This document shows positions 33,831 through 39,342 of a stretch of DNA of 39,342 nucleotides, piece after piece. The stretch is taken from UHGV virus genome UHGV-0147691, one strand, 5' to 3'. The position numbers and the translations under genes were made by a program. The stretch is from a virus. The notes beneath the pieces are model-generated. The model was not told the origin of the DNA and ran no database searches. It worked only from the letters and a program-made list of their open reading frames with translations. Positions within the stretch are counted from its first letter, which is position 1. Every line of letters begins with the position of its first letter.

Positions 33831-34876
33831 TGGCAGAATTAGAAAGAATAAATAAAAAAGTTGAAGATATGGCAGAGATGATTTCTTATAATACCTCAAA
33901 AGGAAGTTTTGCAAGAGATATAATAACATCTTGTGCGATTGAAATGGTAAAAGAAGAGGATGATTATTCCGAGCAACTAGATAAAAGACTTATTGATACA
34001 GCTACAGGAACAGATTTAGATGTATCTTGTGCTGATAAAGCCCTTACAAGAAAAGAAGCTGTTAAATCAACAGGTAAAGTTAAAATTACAGGAGTAAATG
34101 GAAGTGTTATAAAAAAAGGATATATCGTTATTAATTCATCTACTGCAACAGAATATGAAGTTCTTGAAGAAAAAACAATAGAAAATATCTCTACAATAGT
34201 AAATATTCAATGTACAAAAGCAGGAGTAATAGGAAATTGTGAAGTAGGACAGATAAATAAATTTGGGCAAGAATACACTGGACTATCTCGTGTAGAAAAC
34301 TTAGAGAACATCATAAATGGTAAAGATATAGAAACAGATGATGAACTAAGAACAAGAGCTTTGGAATATATAAGAAAACCTCGTATTTCATGGAATCAAT
34401 ATGTATTTGAAGATAAGGCAAAGGAAGTTTCAGGAGTGGAGCATTCTCATTGTATTCCTAGATTTAATGGTGCAGGAACTGTAAAACTTGTTATAACTCA
34501 AAAAGACACTGAAACAGTTTCTGAAGAATTAAAAAAGAAAGTAAAAGATTATATTGATTTAGAAATAATATCTGATATTGATATCACAGTTGAGGGAGTT
34601 GAAATTAATAAAGTTGACATAGTTGTAAAAGGCTTTATCAGCTCAGATTTTAATGATGAAGCTGCAAAAACAAAATTGACAGAAGTTTTAAATAATTTCT
34701 TCTTTGAAAATCTTTTTAAGGAAAAAATATATTACTTCGATATTGTGGAAATAATTCAGCATGCAGGCTGTATAACGAAAATTGGAGATGTTACAGTTGC
34801 AGGAACTAGAAACGATATAGTTTTAAATGAAAATAAATTATGTAAAGTAAAATCAATTACTTTGCAGAAATTATAG
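33830..34876 (+). CDS. Baseplate J-like protein (XkdT-position)
   Basis: It is a 348-aa protein whose position and size fit the Baseplate_J family. Confidence 0.4.
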   Translation: MAELERINKKVEDMAEMISYNTSKGSFARDIITSCAIEMVKEEDDYSEQLDKRLIDTATGTDLDVSCADKALTRKEAVKSTGKVKITGVNGSVIKKGYIVINSSTATEYEVLEEKTIENISTIVNIQCTKAGVIGNCEVGQINKFGQEYTGLSRVENLENIINGKDIETDDELRTRALEYIRKPRISWNQYVFEDKAKEVSGVEHSHCIPRFNGAGTVKLVITQKDTETVSEELKKKVKDYIDLEIISDIDITVEGVEINKVDIVVKGFISSDFNDEAAKTKLTEVLNNFFFENLFKEKIYYFDIVEIIQHAGCITKIGDVTVAGTRNDIVLNENKLCKVKSITLQKL

Positions 34877-34885
34877 GAGGATAAA

Positions 34886-35257
34886 ATGGCAGGACTTACA
34901 CATAAAGGAGAAAATTTAATAATAAATGACTATTTTAGAAAGAAAAATTTCTATCTAGGACTTTTAAAAGCCAATCCTACTGATAATGCTACAAATATTC
35001 AGGAAGTTACAGGAGCTTCATATCAAAGACAACAAATAATATTTGAAGAGCCTGTTAATGGGGAAACATATAATAGTAATGATATTAATTTCCCTGTTGC
35101 AACTGAGAACTGGGGTTGGATAACTCATATAGGACTATTTACAGCACCTACAGGTGGAGAATTAATGGCTTATTCTGGATTAGATTATACAAAAGAAATA
35201 AGAGCCGCGGATATTTATAAAATACCTCAAGCATTTTTCATTTTTAAAGTAGACTAG
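34886..35257 (+). CDS. Tail protein (XkdU-position)
   Basis: Assignment is by position only. Confidence 0.3.
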   Translation: MAGLTHKGENLIINDYFRKKNFYLGLLKANPTDNATNIQEVTGASYQRQQIIFEEPVNGETYNSNDINFPVATENWGWITHIGLFTAPTGGELMAYSGLDYTKEIRAADIYKIPQAFFIFKVD

Positions 35258-35267
35258 GTGATGTTTT

Positions 35268-35972
35268 ATGTCAAAAGTAGCTTTAAAAAAATATGTAGAA
35301 GAGCAATTACAATTTGACTTAGAAAGTTATTTAGATGATATAGTTCACGATTTTGCTTTTAATACTCAAGATAAATTAATGCTTTCATCAAGTACAACAG
35401 CAAAACAGTTAATTACAGTAAAAAAGGATTTATTAGAATTAAAAGTTAAAACTATTATTACAGTTTTAGGTGTCGCGGCTTCAAAAGATTTTGTTGAAAG
35501 AATATTAAATAATCTTCCAATTTATGAAAGAAAAGACCCTTTAATTGTAGAACTTGCAAAAGCAATATCAAGAGAACTGCAAAAAATAGAACTTTTAAAA
35601 AGTGAATATATTTCTAGCTTATCTATTACAACAGCAACAGCAATTTCTTTAAAAAGACTTGAAAAAATATATGCAATAAATCCTAATTATGAATTGGGAG
35701 TTAAATTAAGACAAAATATATTAATTGCAAGAGAAATAACAAAATACAGTATTTTTAATTTTGCTTATATTTTAAAAATGTGTGAACTTTTTATTCTAGG
35801 TAATGTAATTGATGTGATAAATGATAAAAAAAAGAAATCTGTAACAATTATTCTTGAAGATAATATTAATAATATAACAAGTCTTAATGAGTTTAAAAAA
35901 CATATAGATGAATTTTCCCCAGCTTTTTACTTAGTAGAGATAAAAAATAAACAAGAGGAGGCGAATAAATGA
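35268..35972 (+). CDS. Hypothetical tail or baseplate-associated protein
   Basis: This is a track ORF. Confidence 0.3.
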   Translation: MSKVALKKYVEEQLQFDLESYLDDIVHDFAFNTQDKLMLSSSTTAKQLITVKKDLLELKVKTIITVLGVAASKDFVERILNNLPIYERKDPLIVELAKAISRELQKIELLKSEYISSLSITTATAISLKRLEKIYAINPNYELGVKLRQNILIAREITKYSIFNFAYILKMCELFILGNVIDVINDKKKKSVTIILEDNINNITSLNEFKKHIDEFSPAFYLVEIKNKQEEANK

Positions 35973-36286
35973 GTAAAGTAATAGAAAATGAACAAGAATT
36001 AAATACTTCTAATGAAGAACTTACAACTAAAAATTATCTTCTTGAAATTTTAGGTTTAAAAAATCCTACTGATTTAAGAAAATTTTCTCGTTCTTTTATG
36101 AAAATTGACAAAACCATGAAAGATATTGAGAATAATTCAAATAAAATAGCCACTTCTACACAACTTGGAAAAGTGAAAATAGGTAATACCCTTATTATTA
36201 CAGCTGATGGTTTATTAAATGTTCTTGCTACAACTCCAGAAACTTTAATAGCTCTTGTAGAAAAATACAAAGGAGCTGGTGCATGA
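35969..36286 (+). CDS. Hypothetical tail-fibre-associated protein
   Basis: This is a track ORF. Confidence 0.3.
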   Translation: MSKVIENEQELNTSNEELTTKNYLLEILGLKNPTDLRKFSRSFMKIDKTMKDIENNSNKIATSTQLGKVKIGNTLIITADGLLNVLATTPETLIALVEKYKGAGA

Positions 36287-36849
36287 TGAAAGAAATGCTT
36301 ATAAGTTGGGATATTTTAAGAAATGCTAATTTTTCTCCTATTTTTTTCTTACAAGGAGATTTTGGAGTAGGAAATCTTAAGATAGTATTAAGAAATTTAA
36401 CAAATGATTTTCAAGGAAATATTAGGGCTGTATTTTGTAGTTCAAACAATCCTACTGAAACCTATGTTGTTGAAAAAAAAGTTATAGGAACAGTAGTTAA
36501 TATTGATATACCTAATGAAATTTTTCAAGGATTTGGAAAAGTTTTTTGCAGATTAATTTTAAAAAGTAATGACAAAAGAAAAATATTAGGTAGTGTACAG
36601 GAGGTGTATTTTCATGTAGTAGAAAAGAAAGATTGGGAATTTTTAGAGCCATTACTTCCAAGTAATGAAAAAGAATATGTACAAGATATAGTTGATGAAC
36701 TATATGATATTTTAAAAAATTCAAGACAAGAATTAAAAGATTATGCTGATAATTTAAAGGAAGAATTAAATACGAAAGTTTTAACTCTAGAGGAAGCTAA
36801 AAAAATAATTAAAAAATATAAAAATAAAGGAGTGATGTCAAATGACTAA
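36283..36849 (+). CDS. Hypothetical tail-fibre-associated protein
   Basis: This is a track ORF. Confidence 0.3.
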   Translation: MMKEMLISWDILRNANFSPIFFLQGDFGVGNLKIVLRNLTNDFQGNIRAVFCSSNNPTETYVVEKKVIGTVVNIDIPNEIFQGFGKVFCRLILKSNDKRKILGSVQEVYFHVVEKKDWEFLEPLLPSNEKEYVQDIVDELYDILKNSRQELKDYADNLKEELNTKVLTLEEAKKIIKKYKNKGVMSND

Positions 36850-37612
36850 TGAAGAAATGTTATTAAAAGCTATTGAATGTGGAAAATTAATTGATGAAAA
36901 GGTTTATGATGAAACAGTAAAGGTTATTTTTGAAGAAATTAAAAAGAGAGCAGTAGCAGGACATATACATGATGCTGATAGTATTACAGACGGAAGTACA
37001 AAATCAATACCTCTAAAAACAAAACAAGCTGAATGGGATAAAAAAGTAACTACTGAACAATTAAATGCAGCTGTAAATGCTTTTGCAAGTGGTCTTGCAT
37101 GGAAGGGTGTATATACTACTTTAACAGAATTAAATAAAGCTATTCCTACACCAAAAGAAGGATATTTTGTTATTGTTACTCAAGAGCCAACTTACAATAA
37201 TAAAAATACTATGTTAATTTATGAAGCAGAACAAGTTAATAAATGGCAAACTATCGGCGAAATTTTTATGCCAGGAAAAGCTACACAACAAGCAGACGGT
37301 TTAATGTCAAAAGAAGATAAAATAAAATTAGACGGACTACATAATTATGAACATCCTGCAAATCACCCAGCTAGTATGATTACTGAAGATGAAACTCATA
37401 AATTTGTAACTGCTACTGAAAAAAATAATATAGGAGTTGCATTATCTACTGCAAATACTGCAAAACAAACAGCAGAAAGTGCATTATCTAAAGCTAATAC
37501 AAATGAACAATCAATAAATACTGCTAATGGAAAAATAACAGCCCTTGAAGGTAAATTTGTTTATTTATCAGTAGAAGAAGCTCAAGGAATTATAAATAAA
37601 TATAAAGCATAA
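36842..37612 (+). CDS. Tail fibre protein (proximal part)
   Basis: It carries a His-rich HxH motif (GHIHD) and a Thr/Ala/Asn-rich, coiled-coil-like C-terminus. Confidence 0.4.
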   Translation: MTNEEMLLKAIECGKLIDEKVYDETVKVIFEEIKKRAVAGHIHDADSITDGSTKSIPLKTKQAEWDKKVTTEQLNAAVNAFASGLAWKGVYTTLTELNKAIPTPKEGYFVIVTQEPTYNNKNTMLIYEAEQVNKWQTIGEIFMPGKATQQADGLMSKEDKIKLDGLHNYEHPANHPASMITEDETHKFVTATEKNNIGVALSTANTAKQTAESALSKANTNEQSINTANGKITALEGKFVYLSVEEAQGIINKYKA

Positions 37613-37626
37613 AAGGGGGACAAATT

Positions 37627-38370
37627 ATGAAAGATTTTCAAAAAACTTTAAAAGAATTAAGAGAACTTTCAACAATAAATGAAGAAACAAAAGCATTACT
37701 TGAAAAAATGACAGGTAAAGAATTAGTAGACTACGAGAGTATAGATGCTCTCGTAGGAGCTTTAATGACACACTATAACGGAGAACTTAAAAAGAAAGCA
37801 ACAACAAGTCATAGCCATACTTGGTTAGAAGTTACAAGTAAACCAACTACATTCCCGCCAAGTTTACATAATCATGATGAAAGATATTATACAGAGGAAG
37901 AAATAGATACTAAATTTAAAAATTCTGTTCCTGTTCCCGTAGGGGCTGTACTTACTATGTGGAATAATACCAATCCTGCTGAATTATTCTCAGGAACTAC
38001 TTGGGAGTTAATTACTGCAGGAAAATATATCCAATCTGGTAGTACAGCTTTGAGTACAGGAGGAAGCAATTCTGTAAGTATTGCAAAAGCTAATCTTCCA
38101 AATGTTAAGTTAAAAGTAGATAGTTTCTCATTAACTACTCAACCACATACACATAAACTTGATTGGAATGCAGGATACGATGGTGGAGCAACTGGCCCAA
38201 TTACAAGAAGTAGATGGGGAGTTAGCGGACAATCTTCAAGCGGTGTTCATTCATCAGGAGGACAGAATACAGGAACAGCTTCTCCGTCAACTGAAAGCCT
38301 TGGAAGTGGAACAGCTTTATCTATTCAACCAGCTTATATTACTCTAAAGTTTTGGAAAAGATTAAGTTAA
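37627..38370 (+). CDS. Tail fibre protein with a C-terminal phage-tail-collar or receptor-binding domain (expressed orientation)
   Basis: It carries SHSHTW and LHNHDERYYT motifs. The C-terminal domain is homologous to the minus-strand cassette. Confidence 0.55.
   Translation: MKDFQKTLKELRELSTINEETKALLEKMTGKELVDYESIDALVGALMTHYNGELKKKATTSHSHTWLEVTSKPTTFPPSLHNHDERYYTEEEIDTKFKNSVPVPVGAVLTMWNNTNPAELFSGTTWELITAGKYIQSGSTALSTGGSNSVSIAKANLPNVKLKVDSFSLTTQPHTHKLDWNAGYDGGATGPITRSRWGVSGQSSSGVHSSGGQNTGTASPSTESLGSGTALSIQPAYITLKFWKRLS
37901..37922. repeat. Inverted repeat, left copy: AAATAGataCTAAATTTAAAAA (candidate crossover site inside the fibre gene)
   Basis: It has a 13-bp perfect inverted match to 38828-38840, plus a 6-bp flank match after 3 mismatches. 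Confidence 0.45.
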
Positions 38371-38850
38371 ACGTTTCCAGATATTAACTGCTAAGTAAGG
38401 GGGTATAATACTAAAAGGAGTTCCTTTTCCTGTACTTTCTATTGTTGTTATGGGGCTTGCACTACCTGTTGTTTCTCCTCCTGCTGAACTTGTAATCCAA
38501 TAACTGCTTGGATTAGGATTTCTCCAATGGGCTGCATTAACTGCAAAATATTTTCCAGATTGCACTTCAGATGTACTTCCTTGCCCATGATAATGTTCTG
38601 GTTGAGTGTGGACGTGACTAGCTGTTATAGCATTATGTGTATGAGCTGGTAGATGTTCTATGGTTAATTTTACTGTGCTAGCTCCGCCAGTACTTCCTAA
38701 AGAATAATTAGAACCACTACCTAATAAAAATTTACTTTCTATTTTTTCCCAAGTAGTCCCTGTATAGATTTCAGCAGGGTTTGAAGTGTTGCACATCATA
38801 AGGATACCACCAACAGGGACAGGATAGTTTTTAAATTTAGGAACTATTTT
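38362..38850 (-). CDS. 5'-truncated alternative tail-fibre C-terminal (collar-domain) cassette, silent in this orientation
   Basis: It is homologous to residues from about 95 to 247 of the plus-strand fibre. The homology, KIVPKFKNYPVPVGGIL, continues upstream of the first ATG at 38799 to an in-frame stop at 38851-38853. No promoter or RBS is evident. Its 3' end overlaps the plus gene's 3' end by 9 nt. Confidence 0.5.
   Translation of the reverse strand, partial: KIVPKFKNYPVPVGGILMMCNTSNPAEIYTGTTWEKIESKFLLGSGSNYSLGSTGGASTVKLTIEHLPAHTHNAITASHVHTQPEHYHGQGSTSEVQSGKYFAVNAAHWRNPNPSSYWITSSAGGETTGSASPITTIESTGKGTPFSIIPPYLAVNIWKRLT
38828..38849. repeat. Inverted repeat, right copy: the reverse complement of AAATAGttcCTAAATTTAAAAA
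   Basis: See the left copy at 37901-37922. Confidence 0.45.
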
Positions 38851-38946
38851 TTAAGAAAAATCTCTTGTATAAATCTTTATTTAAATAATAAAACGACGTA
38901 ATAATTCACAATTACAAACTATAAAAAGTAATTTTAGGAGGTAAAA

Positions 38947-39342
38947 ATGGTTAGTAAATACTTTAAAATACAAGAATTAGTAAGTGAAGCTGTATATAAA
39001 AAATATGGCGATAAATCTTGGGAATTTATAGATACAAGACTAATAAAAGTCCTAGATTTACTAAGAGAACATTTTAATAGACCTATTACTGTAAATAATT
39101 GGCTATGGGGTGGCAATCTTCAGCAAAGGGGACTAAGAGCGAATAAAGATGAATTAGTGGCAAATAAAAAAGATTATTATATTAGTCAGCATTGTTTAGG
39201 AAAAGCAGTTGACTTTAATGTTAAAGGTCTCTCTGCTCAAGAAGTTTATGATGAGATACTGAGAAATATAGAAAAGTTTTATCTAATTTCTAGGATAGAA
39301 AATATTAAGGATACTCCAACATGGGTACATATAGACGTTGCT
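38947..39342 (+). CDS. Endolysin of the peptidase M15 (VanY/L-Ala-D-Glu peptidase-like) family, truncated by the window end
   Basis: It has an AGGAGG RBS. ISQHCLGKAVDF and WVHID match the M15 zinc-ligand motifs. The ORF has no stop within the window, and its frame continues at nt 1-36 (NVDKFKIFNA*) if the sequence is circular. Confidence 0.6.
   Translation, partial: MVSKYFKIQELVSEAVYKKYGDKSWEFIDTRLIKVLDLLREHFNRPITVNNWLWGGNLQQRGLRANKDELVANKKDYYISQHCLGKAVDFNVKGLSAQEVYDEILRNIEKFYLISRIENIKDTPTWVHIDVA

Larger units (their letters stand above)
1..39342. mobile_element. Temperate PBSX-like myovirus-type phage or prophage genome, apparently complete or near-complete
   Basis: It contains a contiguous integrase, a CI/Cro switch, replication, packaging, head, contractile-tail, fibre and lysis modules. 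Genes are predominantly on one strand and tightly packed. Confidence 0.85.

Noticed and set aside
37627-38850. Diversity-generating retroelement as an explanation for the duplicated fibre tips
   Set aside because: No reverse transcriptase ORF and no near-identical template/variable repeat pair are present. The two tips are diverged throughout, not only at adenine positions.
33702-39116. Antisense or overlapping ORFs at 33702-33929(-), 36034-36270(-), 36512-36724(-), 37887-38069(-), 38159-38347(+) and 38934-39116(-)
   Set aside because: They lie opposite or inside the baseplate, fibre and endolysin genes and are spurious.
1-39342. CRISPR arrays, rRNA genes and transposase or IS elements
   Set aside because: No regularly spaced short direct repeats, no rRNA-like conserved segments and no transposase-like ORFs were seen.

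Overview
This AT-rich window (visually about 30% GC) is essentially one temperate, PBSX-like contractile-tailed phage or prophage genome from a low-GC host. The gene order from the left is as follows. (1) Holin-like membrane proteins (40-767), a ribbon-helix-helix (RHH) gene, a tiny promoter/terminator-bracketed peptide gene, and attP-like repeats. (2) A tyrosine integrase (minus strand) and a lysogeny module: an N-terminally membrane-anchored 368-aa protein, an ImmA/IrrE peptidase, an XRE/CI-like repressor, and a divergent Cro with GTATC-type operators. (3) Early and replication genes: many small ORFs, an ERF-like single-strand annealing protein, a replication initiator carrying a GC-rich iteron island inside its gene, an HNH-like protein, a RusA resolvase, a PAPS-reductase-like gene interrupted by one in-frame TAA, a YopX-like protein and several tiny zinc-ribbon proteins. 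(4) A late promoter, a ParB-like nuclease domain protein and a C5-cytosine methyltransferase. (5) Terminase small and large subunits, a portal fused to a Mu-F/SPP1-gp7-like domain, a SpoVG homolog, scaffold, decoration and major capsid proteins. (6) Tail sheath and tube, then a moron cassette flanked by 21-bp direct repeats and carrying its own consensus promoter, two small membrane peptides and an RHH gene, then a second membrane-anchored moron. (7) An XkdN-like tail chaperone with a canonical A_AAA_AAC -1 frameshift site that extends its frame up to the tape-measure gene, the tape-measure protein and the PBSX-like baseplate genes XkdP to XkdT. (8) Tail-fibre genes ending in a collar-domain receptor-binding region. 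The most unusual feature is here. A convergent, 5'-truncated, promoterless homologous cassette lies on the opposite strand. It is bounded by about 22-bp inverted repeats placed so that inversion would give an in-frame swap of the fibre tip. No invertase gene is visible in the window. (9) An M15-peptidase endolysin cut by the window end. Its frame continues at position 1 and stops just before the holin-like gene's ribosome-binding site (RBS), so the window is probably a circular genome linearised inside the lysis cassette. All coordinates not taken from the supplied ORF track were indexed by hand and may be off by 1-2 nt.
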